DNA of 60,745 nt, filler included, from Sphacelaria rigidula (lineage: Eukaryota), in the NCBI GenBank assembly GCA_964200075.2. It is 6 parts of 6 records of this genome, joined end to end, with 100 filler letters (N's around TTAATTAATTAA, not from the genome) between each part and the next. Parts side by side here need not be neighbours in the genome. Positions count along the whole stretch, not along the records: positions 20,286 to 30,326 come from CAXNAA020007267.1; positions 30,427 to 40,466 come from CAXNAA020007268.1; 4 more parts are not named here. One strand, given 5' to 3'. Position 1 is the stretch's first letter, and each line of letters opens with the position of its first letter. Shown here piece after piece: positions 23,784 through 36,800 of the stretch. The notes below the pieces were generated by a model that was not told where the DNA came from, did no database searches, and worked only from the letters and a program-made list of their open reading frames with translations. The translations under genes were made by a program, and so were the position numbers.

Positions 23784-24252
23784 GAATGATGTGCCTGGCG
23801 TCTGCACGAAACAGTGGCCTCATGCTGCTGAAATCCGCGCATCTAATCACCACAGGGATATGAGGCAGACCGAAAGTATTATTTAGTCTATTTTCACGTG
23901 CAGGGTGCGCATCACGTGATGTACATCTAATGTAGCAAGCAGTATGGGTCGCCGTAGAGGGCTTTCAACAGGATGCGGCGACCGGCGGGCCGCCCGCCAC
24001 TTGTGGCTTTGGGTTATATAATTGTCCCCATCACCTTACCACACAGCCCTTTGTGGTTGGGGTGGGTGGGCCACGATTTCCCTCTTTGTTGCATGCGGCA
24101 AATTATCTTCGAAGGGTATCAGCGTTGCGGCGCGCATACATACAGTACAGTGCAGTGCAGTACGCCTCTCCGATTGCAGCAGCAGCTGCCGCTGCATACT
24201 CCCTTGCACGTTCTGAGCAATTATCAGCTACCGAGATCAACTGCCTAAATAC

Positions 24253-24597
24253 AAGAGCTCGGATTTTTTCTTGTCTAACCATCAACCACTTGAATGGTAC
24301 ATAATGGCTTGGTCATCGAACGGCGCAGCCGCGAGCTGAAAAGCCCCCCCCCCCCGGGAGAGGGGGCCCCGCCGGAGGCGCCGTATCGGAGGCACCTTTT
24401 TGTGCGATTTGGCTCCACTAGAGCTAAAAAATACGTCAAATTCGGGACAATTTACAAGAGCTGTATGTTGCATACGTAGCCGGTAACGGTAAATAATGGT
24501 TCGAAACCATCATCCGAAATTTCCAGGTAACTCTTACTATGATCATTATATTATAATGAAAATGGCCAGTTGGAACTGGTACCATTTCCGAGCTCTA
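24253..24597. mobile_element. Small TIR insertion (about 345 bp) in repeat copy A
   Basis: Absent from copy B (aactgcctatatatcgcttc at about 25808). Ends aagagctcgga and tccgagctcta match at 10/11 as an inverted pair. TSD length is ambiguous (aatac/catac or ctaaatac/ctacatac). Confidence 0.65.
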
Positions 24598-25080
24598 CAT
24601 ACCGCTTCTTCATCCCCGTCCACTACATACATGTTAATTGCACACTGCAAGTCATCAACAGAATGACCAGACCGGATTCATGGCGATAGCTCATTTTGTC
24701 TTTCCACGACCCACCAGGGGTAAGTGCCTCGTGAAAATGACCACACGGTAGCATGTACACTCCTTCCCGGTTTTCTCACTCCACCCCGTGTTAGTGTAAT
24801 TACTACGTTTTAGTATAGGCTTGCGACCCAAAAAACTCCCGGGAAATCCCGGGAGCGTCACACTGAATGCAAGTAATACGATAAGCCATGCTCCGAGCAC
24901 CCTGGCTTTGGAAACCCGGGAAGGTTTATCTGGGCCAGGGATCGCGCCCCCACACGATATTTGCAGTGATATCATACTCGGCAATAGTCCCCGCACTGGT
25001 CGTTCAGATCTGGTCGATAATTTTCGCCTCGCCGTGATAGGGAAGGTCGCTCCTTGACTTATTTTCTATTACTTCACCAA

Positions 25081-25266
25081 GGGCGTGTCTGAGCATTTTT
25101 TCCGATCGAAAAAGTGCGGTGGAAAACAAAAACCCTGATCTGATAGGTCGTAATTTCAACCATTGTCGTTTATTTTGAAGATGGTTGAAATCATGACCTA
25201 TCAGATCAGGGTTTTTGTTTTCCACCGCACTTTTTCGACTGAAAACTTATGTACTAAGACACGGCC
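25081..25266. mobile_element. PIF/Harbinger (Tourist-like) palindromic MITE, 186 bp
   Basis: Ends gggcgtgtct and agacacggcc, with 3-bp flanks caa/taa. Absent at the equivalent site of copy B (about 26299). Internal 58-bp stem 25106-25163 / 25181-25238. Confidence 0.75.
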
Positions 25267-28200
25267 TAACACATGGTCAGCTCCGTGTGAGTGAGGGGTC
25301 AACCCTTTCCGGATCGGGCCTCCAGAACGACTTATGAGGCTGGTTAGGAATGACGTGTATGGCGTCTGCACGAAACAGTGGCATCATGTTGCTGAAATTC
25401 GCGCATCTAATAACCACAGGGTTATGAGGCAGACCGAAAGTCCAATCCAATCCATTTCCAGGTGCAGGATGCGCATTAGGTAGTGTACATCTGATGTAGG
25501 AAGCAGTATGGGTCGCCGTAGAGAGCTTCCAACAGGATGCGGCGACCGGCGGGCCGCCCCGCCACTTGTGGCTTTGGGTTATATAATTGTCCCCATCACC
25601 TTGCCACACAGCCCGTTGTGGTCGGGGTGGGTCGCCATTTCCCTCTTTGTTGCACGCGGCAAATTATCTTCGAAGGGTATCAGCAATACGGAGCGCATAC
25701 ATACAACAGTGAAGTACAGTGCAGTGTAATACGCCTCTCCGACTGCAGCAGCAGCTGCCGCTGACTCCTCCCTTGCACGTTCTGGGCAATTCTCAGCTAC
25801 CGAGATCAACTGCCTATATATCGCTTCTTCCTCCCCGCCCACTACATACATGTTAACTGCACACTGCAAGTCATCGACAGAGGGATAAGCAGAATTCATG
25901 ACGGTAGCTCCTTTTGTCCTTCCACGGTCCACCTTGGTTTAGTGCCTCGTAAAATTGACCACATTGTAGCATGTACACTCCTTCCCCGTTTTTCCCGCTT
26001 CACCCTGTGTTAGTGTAATTACGACGTTTCAGTATAGAATTGCGACCCAACCCCACCCCCGGAAAATCTCGGGAACGCTATACAGAATGCAAATAATACC
26101 ATGAGACCAAGCTGCGACCACCCTGCATGTGGAAACTTGGGAAGGGTTATCTGGGCCAGGGATGGGGCCCCCACATGATCTTTGCAGTGGCATCACACTC
26201 GACAACAATCCCCGCGCTAGTCGTTCCGGTCTGGTGGATAAATTTCGCCTCGCCGTGATTGGGCAGGTCGCTCTCTGACTTTTTTTTTCATCATTTCACA
26301 AACACAGGGTCAACCCTGTGTTAGTGGGGGGTCGGTCTCAAAAGGGCTAATTCGTGAAACTGAAAAGTTTTCTTGTGCTAGAGAAACGTTATAGCTGCTT
26401 GACCAGCCCAGCTCGTACATGATTCTGATTCGACACGCGACATTGAACACGACTGCCAAGTGGATGATCAAAGGAAGGGTTGTCCATTTGATTTCTACGG
26501 GGCGAATACTCTTGGCCTTGCAGTCATTTTCCGAGTCAAAGTGATGCCGACTCGACAGATGGGTCAGTCCTTTCACCCCGAAGATTTTGGGATCTTCACC
26601 TTCTGTAGGACCAACCAAGACAAAAACCATACCCGTACAGTTAGTTAGACACGCTAATCGAGGCCAAAGCATAAAGGAAATGTTTGAAAAAAGTGTCTGG
26701 ATCTTCCTGTTGGAAAATCGCACCAGCCGATGACATGGGAATGATCCGCCCAGTCGATCGGCAAAGAAGCGAATGGGCCGCTCGGTTGGCTGGGAATGGA
26801 AGCGCAGAAGGCCAGGTGCACATCTGCACCATCACACGCACACCTCCCTGTTGCATTGCATCGTCCGTACGGTCTGTTGTTTATCATTCACTGTTGCACG
26901 TCAAAACTGTGACAATGCAACACAGATTACCCACCCTGGGAGTGCCAGTCTGTATGGGTCGAGACAAAGCCGGTCGAAAACGCACAGTCAATACAGTACA
27001 GCAGTAGTACAATCTTTTATGTTACAGTACGGCGGTGTTGTCTTCTTTCTCCCACTCGTTGTCTTCGTTCCGTTTGTCTATGAGTATCATCAAGGATCAC
27101 ATTACACGAAACCTTCCTACACCGTCATCCCTTCCAGCCTCTGGTTGCAAAAAAAAAGTCCTTGGCCTGCAGTGGACATTCATTTTTGAAGTAAATAGTA
27201 CGCCCATACAAACACATCTGACGCATCATGAGGTGGTTGCCGTCTGTTTAGTCTAAATAGACAAAGCCGAAGTGCACCGTACAGCACAGTACAACCAGTA
27301 CAGTACAATGTTACCTTCTCTGTGCCCCCCGCCGCATTCCTCCCTTTTTCTGTGGGAATCGTCGAGTATCGGATTAATCCTTCGGAGAGCGTCGTTATTT
27401 CCGCCCGCTCTAAACATGACGCTTGATGGTCAGGGTGGTTGGTCTCTTGTGTCCATTTTTTGAATCAAAATCTGTGGAGACGGCCGTCTCTTCCCACAAT
27501 AACCGGCTCTAAAGTTGAACCCTCCGACCCCCGATTGGGTCATCTGGGTTTTGCATTCATTTTTCAAGTGAAAAGTATGGCGATACAACATATGCCCGAC
27601 TCTGCGGGGAGTGAAGGGTGAGTGTGAATTCCCGACGTACAAGCCGAAGTCGCAGCGGACGGAGGCTGTAGATGCGGTACGGCGGACATGGCGGTACCAA
27701 TACAATCAATACCACAGACGAAGAGGAGAGCACAACTCTGTCACCATGATCTTGTCTGTTCCAGTACACGCCATGTTCTTTACCTTGGGTTCCTTGTGCG
27801 GCTGTGTACACAAGCGGCGGAGCTTTGCTCAACAGAAAATATCTGAGAGTATCATATTTGCACATGCGCACGCACCGACCTAAAGTTACTCCGCGACCGA
27901 TTCAGACCCTCGATGTTTCCCCCCAAGTCCATTCTGGCTGTCATTATTTTTCACTTGCAGTTATTGGAGACGGTGCGTTGCTCAGGAGATACTCCAACCA
28001 AGGATAGGTTTTATCCGGGCGGTTCGCCACGGTTACGTGCGCAATTCGAGCGCCGATCGTTGCGTTGGGTGCTCACAACCCCAACGCATTTGCACTGCAG
28101 CGCCCATTTCAGGGGTCGTCCCGCGGTCAGATCGGTGTGCCGGAAATTATAGTCAAATTTTAATTTTTTTCAGGTTTACAGTGGTGGCCTTCAAAGCAGG

Positions 28201-28409
28201 AGGATAAGGCCGCGGCTATAGGCTTCATGTGGTTGGTCAGCAACAGGTTGTAGCATGTGAACATGGGGGGTGTTGCCTGCACGCGCGATCAACCCGCCAA
28301 GAGTTCGGATTGTAGAATCAAGTGTATTTGGGCGGAGCATCCCAGGACAAAAAAGGAAAAGGGAATTTTTGTCTGTGGTCGTTGTGACTTCCTCGAACAG
28401 CCCATTCAG

Positions 28410-29440
28410 TTTTTTTGCCCCGATTAGCATGTTCAACAACAGTCACTCCGGAAATGCTCACACACCAGATGGACTCATGTTTCAAGATATCAACTCGTCG
28501 ACCATGAAGGGATTGATTGGGGTGCGACTGCTTCTCCATAACACTCTCATTTCCTTGTTGGTCTCCTGCCGCCTGCATTTCTTGGATGGTTTTGGCCATT
28601 TCAAAGGACTCGGCCATTTGGAAGCAGAACACAAATCGTTGATGACCTGAACTGCGCATCATCATATCATCTGTTACATATCGGAGGTGATTCCAGGTCC
28701 TGTTGAGTTCATGTGTTTTGTGAGTTATTTGTTGCGGTGCAGATGATTGACCATGCAGTACAACACCCTCCGAAGTAGTAATTCCAGACATGGATCTGCA
28801 GCACATGCCGTGAACGATAGCATTTGGAGCCGCAGGTACCAGCTGGACAGCGGACGCTCTGCCCTTGGCTATCATCGTTCTGTACTTGAAAATCAACCAG
28901 GTCACGTGTGAAAAACTGCAGCAGGTCCACTGCCGGCACCCCACTGTCTGTTGTACCGCATGTATATCAGTACATCCCTTTCCGAGGAGTACATGTGAAC
29001 TCGCAGAGGTATAGTCGGGGCACATGTGTGGGCACAAACCCTGCGACGGCACTGCGCTAGACATGGCTGTCGGTGCATATATCAACAACTAGATACTCCT
29101 TGGAATGCGTGCCGCAGTAGTATCGACACCCTAGTCCTTGACCGCTCGTGGAACAACCTTCCCAGCACTCACACACGGTTTATTGCGAGAGAAAGTGTTG
29201 CCATGGAAGGTGAAGGTACGTTCCGCTATTCCCCACGCCCGTCTATTTCCAACCCGTAGAGCAGAGTCCGCGTCCTGCTACTGTGCTACTTGATGCCTGC
29301 AGCAACAAGTACGAGTTCGTCGTTGACACCCACGGACAGCACATCACCCCAGTCAACACAACAGTACGGTAGCGTACCGCAGCCTGGGATAGTATCATCT
29401 CCAACGCTTTAAAGGTACCAACATGCACAAGACACACATA
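28410..29440 (-). pseudogene. Decayed Mutator/MULE-type DDE transposase
   Basis: Motifs appear in MULE order across frameshifts: LVHVGTFK (xxDGTF-like, D mutated, about 29420); LSVGVNDELVLVAAGI (about 29320); VVDICTDSHV*RSAVAGF (second D, about 29070); LCEF-HVL (CxxH, restored by removing one base, about 29000); W..SGVTVVEHANRGKK (catalytic E, about 28430). Confidence 0.55.
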
Positions 29441-30185
29441 CTACACACACACATCAAAAGGGGGTGACCCACCTCAAAAGTTAATTACTCTTCGCCTGCG
29501 TGGCTACTCCTCTCTCAAGACTGGTAGTTGTTCCTCGCTAGTCAAGGCGCGGCACAACGAAAAACATGAATTGCTACTTTCACCTTGTTGTGAGAAGTTC
29601 CCGTAGGTCGGATATTCGGACACCAGTCACATGCATTGCGGGGAAGGAGGAGGGATCTGCGAGGTGGTAAATAGGCCGCCCCTCATCGCGAAGTAGCTTG
29701 GGGAGACCACCTAAAATGTTGCTCCTATATTTATGTTTTTTTTTTTCAACAAACTAACAATAACGCTAGCCCTAACGTAACCCCGACCCAAGGCGTACGA
29801 GACCCTCGGAGGGGTGCATAGGTCCCCCTGGACAAAGTATGCGTTGCCCAAAACCACGGGCAATACGTAGTACGAGCTGGGTCAGCCTAGAGGCGGATTT
29901 GAAGTTTGCAGGCGAATGCGTCGGGAAATATTTGGAGTTGGAGCGTAAAATTTGGTATGGACAATGCATAGGGCAATATATATATATATATATATATTGC
30001 GAGTGTACCCGAGAGTGCCCCCCCCCCACAAAATCTACTTGTCCCTCCGGAAAGGGTACGTCAATATATTATTTTTCATGAAACAGAATCCCCCAAATCT
30101 TCAAAAATCGAGCAAAAAAAGGAAAGGGGGGTTTGGGGAGGGGGGTTGGGCGCCGGGCGGCAAGCCCGCGCTAATTACTTGACTT

Positions 30186-30270
30186 TAGTGTAGTTGTAAA
30201 CTACTTGATCTTAGTCTAGTCAACAACTACTTGAGTTTGGTGTGTAAGTAGAATACTTGATGTTAGTGTA
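30186..30270. repeat. Short degenerate tandem repeat (about 27-28 bp, 3 copies)
   Basis: tagtgtag...tacttga unit repeated three times near the contig end. Confidence 0.55.
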
Positions 30271-30326
30271 CGGTTTGTGACGCTAGCAGGTTTGCTAGGA
30301 CTGCAGCGTCTGAATGCTGTTGAGGG

Positions 30327-30426
30327 NNNNNNNNNNNNNNNNNNNNNNNNNNNNNNNNNNNNNNNNNNNNTTAATTAATTAANNNNNNNNNNNNNNNNNN
30401 NNNNNNNNNNNNNNNNNNNNNNNNNN
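30327..30426. other. Artificial contig linker
   Basis: N44-TTAATTAATTAA-N44. Confidence 0.98.
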
Positions 30427-32023
30427 GCCTCTTCTCTGCGGGTGAGAGAGGGCGTTAGACAATTCGCCATCCATCCTTTCGAGGACGGACCATGGGGGGG
30501 GGGTCTTCCGTGTCCGAAAACCTTATCTTGACATATCCTTGCAAGAAGTGACAAAAACGCTGACGATGCTTCGATACAGTAGGTCTGGGACTTCTCGTGT
30601 CATCCGTATCAATCGCAGGGAAGCACGTGCTTCCCACATATTCAGCAAGGCATACAACGACACCACTCGACAACCAGAGGTACCAAGGTATCCATGTCAT
30701 CTCCACGAGGGATGGCTCTTGAAAGGCTGATTTCGAGGCTCAGGTTGATAATAATCGACCGTTGGCGATGTTTTGAGAAGCAAGGATCCTTGGAACGCTT
30801 TATAAGGATTGTGTTTTTGAGCAACTACTCGAGAGAAGCGCCAGGAGGGTGCAAAGCACGTGTTTGTGGTTTTATCAGCGACATTCCTGTAACGTCGAGC
30901 GGGCGGGCTGTGGAACACTACGCCGGCACACGAATATGGGCTCGTGGTCACTCCGGAAAACGCTGTCCCATCACGCGCGACGTCTATTCTTGTACTGCAT
31001 TTCAAAACACACGATATGTTTGTTGGCATGCATTGAAGTGCACACGATGGCTTTGAAGACTGACACCGTTAAAGGGACTGAAGACCGCAGTTATGTAACG
31101 GTAGATATGCTGCGCTACGCCTGTAGATGTGGCGCTCTTGGCGAAGGAATTACAAAGAGCTCTCCAGGACAGTGTCCGCGTTCGCGAATTCTTTGACAAC
31201 CTAATTGTCGAAACCAGCACGCGAAATCAGCTTCCACCGAGAAATCTACAACAAGATGCATATCTTGACGGGGTCAGGTTGTAGAACCTCCTGACGCTTC
31301 ATGAGGTGCGGATGTTTGAACGTGACAACTGGAGAATTCGGCTGCGTTCGTAGCATGCCAAAGTGTGACAGGATTGATACAACGGAACACCACCTACTTC
31401 TTAGAGTGTGGACGACGAAATGCTCAAGCACCGAAATCACGCAATGTTTTTCAAGACACCGATAGTATACAGAAAACAAAACGGGGGAGGCCGTGGCGCA
31501 TATCGCTGAAGCGTGCTCCCGCGTGAAGCTGCCCTCTGTGTCAGTTAGACGCCGAAAAATACGCTGAGCTGTTTCTGGTTTAAAAACAGGATGCAGGCGA
31601 AGAAATACTCGTGAGTGAAATCGTGATATGTCATAATTCCAGTGAAAGGACGCGGTATTCCGAGTGTCGTTTAACGGGATCGTAGGAAAGTAACCTCAGT
31701 CGTGAACGTGTATTGCAAAGCTGTTCATCGTGTTACTTTCACAACGGAAACGCTGAGTGTATATCGTTGACAGATTGACACAGAGGGAAGCATTACCAAA
31801 CACGATTCAACAAAAGACTCTTGACACCGTGTCATTCCGTCAGCTGTTATGGCACGTCATGATTCCGCTCACTCGAACGTTTCTCCGACTAAACGTTTAT
31901 TTGCACGATGGACGATGGGTTTTACACAGAAAGTTTCAACAAAGACACCGTACGATCTTTTTGGCGTTCTCTGTATACCACCGATCTCTTTGACATGGCA
32001 GTTTTTCGCTTTTGTAGTATATC

Positions 32024-33033
32024 CAAGGTCAGTTTGGGTGGGATATACCCTATACCCTAGTAGTTTGAAACGCCGTAGGTTTAGTTTTCAAGCCGAAGGG
32101 GAAAAAAATGAGATCGTACCCAAATTACCCAATATTTGGCTAGAGTATTTGAATCATACCCAACTCCATCAGAAATTCGGGGACAGTGTTAAGATCATGC
32201 CCACGTGATATTCTTTACCCAGGTACCTGAAAAAATTAGTACCTCTTGTACGCAAAACATGGGGTGAAGTGTTGCAGCCGCACCAAGAGTACTCAACTTT
32301 TGGGTGAGATCTTACCCGAGTGATCCTCTATACCCCGATATGGCTGAGGGGATTCATCCAATATTTGGGTAGACTATTTACCATACTCAAATTACCCCCA
32401 CAGTTGAGTAGAGTGTTGAGATCGTACCCAACTCACTCAAACTTTGGGTATAGTATTGAGATTATACCCAAGGGATACTTTATGCTGGGGTATTGCCGAG
32501 ATTACATGTTTTGGTAGAGTATTTTGAGATTGTACCCCCTTGGGCCGAGTGTTGCGATCGCACTCGAGTCTGCCCAAACTTTGGATAGAGTATTGATATC
32601 GTTCTCGAGTAATGCTCGATACTGGGGTTTTGCTATGATAACTAGCTCATTTCTTGCGCAGAGCATGGAGATCATTCCTCAATTACTCAAAGTTTGGGTC
32701 GAGTATTGAGGTCACACCCGAATGATGAACACGGGAATTTCTGAGATCAGATATCCAAAGGTGAGTATTCAAATCATATGGAATTCTGCCCGAATTTGGG
32801 TATTATAGGGTATTGAAATCATATCGAAGTTATACTCGGGTAGTGCTGAGATCACGTACCCAGTTTTTAGATAGCGTATTGAGACCATACCCAAAATACC
32901 CAAAGATGGGATACAGCATTGAGATTGTAACCACTCTACCCAAAGCATGGGTACGGGACTGACATCGTACCCCACCTATCCGTGTACTATAGCCGAGTAC
33001 TCAAAGGTACATGCCCTACCCGACCTGCCCTCG
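32024..33033. mobile_element. Older relative (about 1 kb) of the 23319-23783 hAT-type element
   Basis: Right end gagtactcaaaggtacatgccctacccgacctgccctcg matches the right end of the 23319 element. Left end caaggtcagtttgggtggg is a degraded TIR. The interior is made of GGGTA..TATTGAGAT..TACCC units. No TSD is recognisable. Confidence 0.6.
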
Positions 33034-33846
33034 AAGAATTTTGTAGCCCAGACTCTATTTCGGAGTCATGCCCTTCGTGGTGCGACGCCAGTCTTGATGT
33101 GATTCATACGCGCCATAGGATGCTGAAACTCGTAAAAATTTAGTACAGCTATTAATTTTACAGCTTATTTTCCACGACAGGCGGAGGAAGCGTTTCTCAA
33201 AACGCGGAAAAAAAATGCTGCAGAGAGTAAATCGGGGAGGAAAGAGACGATCGCTCGACGCCAGGGCACTATATTTTCATCGCGGATTTCCTGTACGCAT
33301 TCGGCTTAATACCCATTCTCATAAACCTATCCGATAACGTGTGGCATGGATCGCAAAACGGGGTCATAAACGTTACTAGGGGACTCGAAGGCCAGCTACT
33401 GACCGTACCCTTGGTGAAATAAGTACAGGCAAATCGACGATGAAACAGCAAAGTAAGTTTTATAGCCACCCCGTCCTACGCATCGCGATCATCCCCACTA
33501 TTGGCTTCACACATGTTGTTCGTTGGATGCGCGCGTCAACGTCCACCGATAAAACGGTGGACACCCTGCGTTTTCGGTCAAAATTTAACGATGTAAGCTT
33601 CGGCTCATTCAACCGTAAGTCTCGCATTTCTATGTTTTAGCACCTTCCGATTGATTCTACGTAGTTGTTTGGCCCCGTTTCCGCGATGCTTTATTGAATG
33701 GCCATCAACGCCCGGGAAAAAGCAGACGATCGGTTTCCCCTGGTGGCAACGTGTTGAATATTTAGTGAGCAAGTAGGTGTTTTATCGTATTTTATTCTGA
33801 CATTGCGATTGATCCCACTTTGCAGCCATGATCATTCCACACCGGA

Positions 33847-36800
33847 ATGTGCTGGATTGGTGTCAGTACTGGGCGAGGTATGAGCAGGTCCCTCCTCAGT
33901 GAAGGACCCAGCTTAGTGCTTCTCTGCACTCCCAGCTTCATCAAGAATGTAATCCCTGTTTGCGCTGCGGCAAGTGATATCGACTATCTTTCGCTTCCTC
34001 CTGAAGAGTTTGTGTATCTGCACAAAATAAATCTCGTTCTGGTCTCCGTGCTTCCCTCACTAACAGAGTCCTGGGAGAGCGCGCGGGAAGGGGTCGTTCA
34101 ACGATTACGAAGCTCAAGAAGACGATCATACGTCGTCTTCAAACCTGAGCTTATTTGTTCGATATCTCTCGTTTTCGCGCATGGGTCCACAGAGCAGGCA
34201 AAGACAGATGAAAGGCTAATATCCGCAAAAACTATTTTACGGGAACCAGACATTCGTGTGCTGTCGTGGCAGACTATGTCTGGCGTTCTCTGGACCGTGG
34301 TCTCCCTTATCCAAAGCGGGCTGTGGGAGCGACGGGAGGGGGATCTTCTGGCCAACTGCACACTTGAGGTGAGCACAGGCTTGTAGCGATCTTTTATGTT
34401 TGCATGGGTAACGAGTATGGGTACATTTGCCGTTCTTTTGTGCACTCTGGTACTGTATATTTATTTATTTCAATATTTACCGTTTCTCTGCTCTTCTTCT
34501 TTTTCCTCCTCCTCCTCTTTTGTGTCGGTCGGGTAATGCGCTGTTCTCACGTTGTTCGTTTTTTTTTCATTGGTGTGAAATCTGATTGTTCTCTTCCCCT
34601 GGGGTCCTACGGCATGCGGTTGTACTGCGGCGGGCATTTCCATGTATCCGCAATGATGAATTCGAGAAGGCGATTCGGATAATTTGTGTCAATGTTCGAA
34701 AAGTATAGATGACCCTGGTTTTTAACGTTTTCGTTTTGTGCGTCCACCTCTCCGCGGTCAGCCGTATCCTTAGATCTTGTGTACACTAGGCACGCCACGC
34801 TATGAGTATATGTTGCTGCGTAACACCGCGCTTGCCTTGCCATTGTTAACCGTTGGTGCAGCCGTCGCCGTCCGTCATCATTGTTAGTTCATTATTTTCT
34901 CGAACTGGTCCATCGCGGGCGAAACAGACTGTCCACAGGATCTTTTTTTTATAAATACTCATCTCGGCGCTGTAGCGTTGCAGGTCGCAATTTGGTTTCA
35001 TCTTTGTACTTGTGCATACTGTGTCGCACGTCTGTTCTTGTCGCGCTTGTCCTGTCTGAGTAGCGTTCACCTCCTTCTATTCTGATAGTAAATGTTATGA
35101 GCACTTCGACAATTCGTCGACTTTCGATGGGAAGGGGGACTGACGGCAACTGGAGGTCGGCCGGTCGTCAGGTACAGGAGCAACCACTTTCGTAGACATA
35201 GGTGTACATTTGTTGGGCATCGTCGGATACTCCCAAAACATGAGATCAGCGAAATACCTTGCTACAACCTGCTCGCACGATCGCAGAGTAAGCAGGTGTC
35301 GCGATCCTCCCTGTCAACATCGTGTAGTGTGTGCTGCCTCTGCCTCACCTCCTCTATCCACCACAGTTGCTGTGCGTTGGTCTAACAAAAACGGGGAAAA
35401 TGAGGCTGCCGCGGTGTCATTATCAGCTGTGCGTCGCCGCTCACTTGTCGGGGTCGCAATTCTCCGAGTTCAGTTTTGAAGGCAAAGTGTTCCTGATCGA
35501 GGAATGCCTTTCCAACTAGTGTAGAACAGTAGCTCGAGGTTGTGAAGGACAGTGCATTGGCTTTGTTTCGCCCCGACTTCTTCGACTACAGTCATCATTG
35601 CCACCCGTCATTTTTCGCTCGAGTACAAAATGTTTAGCTTTGGCTGGGCCCTTCACTTGCTTCTCGTACTATTCCGTAGGTGTCCGTGTGCCTAAGTGGG
35701 TATCGCTGCCACTATCGCTCCCTGCCGCGGCCGTTACGTCCTCCTTCCGCTGTCATCTTCTTTGTCGTTGGTGCAGAAACTTCTTGGGTGGCCGGCACCG
35801 ACCGTCATCTTGATTGCTGTCTTCGTTCGTGTGTACCGCTCGTGGAGAATCCTAATCAAGCACGATAGGACCATGTGGCGCGCAGAGTGAGCAACGGCTC
35901 TGCGCGGTGTACGTGTTTGGTAGCGTTTTCATTTCCCGATAAGCAACGGTAGGGCGAACAGCCGTCGTAGGAAGCGAAGGAACTAGTGTGCCCTTGACGA
36001 ACACCCAAGACCAACCGGCGCCACGTTTGTGACATACTTCATCCTTGTATGCTGTTCGCCATTATCTATGGCGGATCATCTTCACGGCGATAGTTTTAGT
36101 CGCTTATGACTTTCGACTCGTGAAAGATTACCAACCGGCGCCACGTTTGTGACATACTTCATCCTTGTATGCTCTTCGCCATTATCTATGGCGGATCATC
36201 TTCACGGCGATAGTTTTAGTCGCTTATGACTTTCGACTCGTGAAAGATTACTTCGTGTTAAAAATCACAGGGAGAAATGTGCTGTCGTGTGATGCGTTCC
36301 CGCACCCTACTTACCTAACCCCACTTGGCCGGAACTAACTGCAGAGCACTCTCTGGCTGCAGTATCTCCTTATTGCCGTGTATGTTCAAGAGCGAACACG
36401 GGCGTTCACCCCACCGGTTGCGTTGTCGCGCTCAGGTCGATTCAGATGTTGTCTTTCCTTTGTTGGCCGCGTGATCAGAACACCCAAACGTATTCACGAT
36501 ACCAAACCTGCTGATGTCAGCTCATGCTTGATTCTCGTGGTCATTCGTCCGTTTGTGCTTTCATGGTACTTGCTCTCGGACGATCCGGAACCGGTGTCCG
36601 TGTTATGGTCGCTCGGTGTGTCCGGCTGTCGACGCCCTCGTAGGGTGCTCTTCTTCGTGTGTTGTTTTTGTTCTGTACAGCTCGAACGGCGCATCCATAC
36701 TCTGAGCTGTACCTAGGAGTTACTCAAAACAGGTCACGATGTTGCCCTCGTGCTCCCGACTTTAAATTGAGTACCTCAGTGATTTTATGAATTTCAATGA

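Larger units (their letters stand above)
23258..26330. repeat. Head-to-tail tandem of a repeat of about 1.03 kb (copy A about 23258-25295 with three nested insertions; copy B about 25296-26330 uninterrupted)
   Basis: Collinear similarity throughout, e.g. ggcgtctgcacgaaacagtgg, caggatgcggcgaccggcggg, cggcaaattatcttcgaagggtatcagc and ttcgcctcgccgtgat occur in both copies. Confidence 0.85.
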
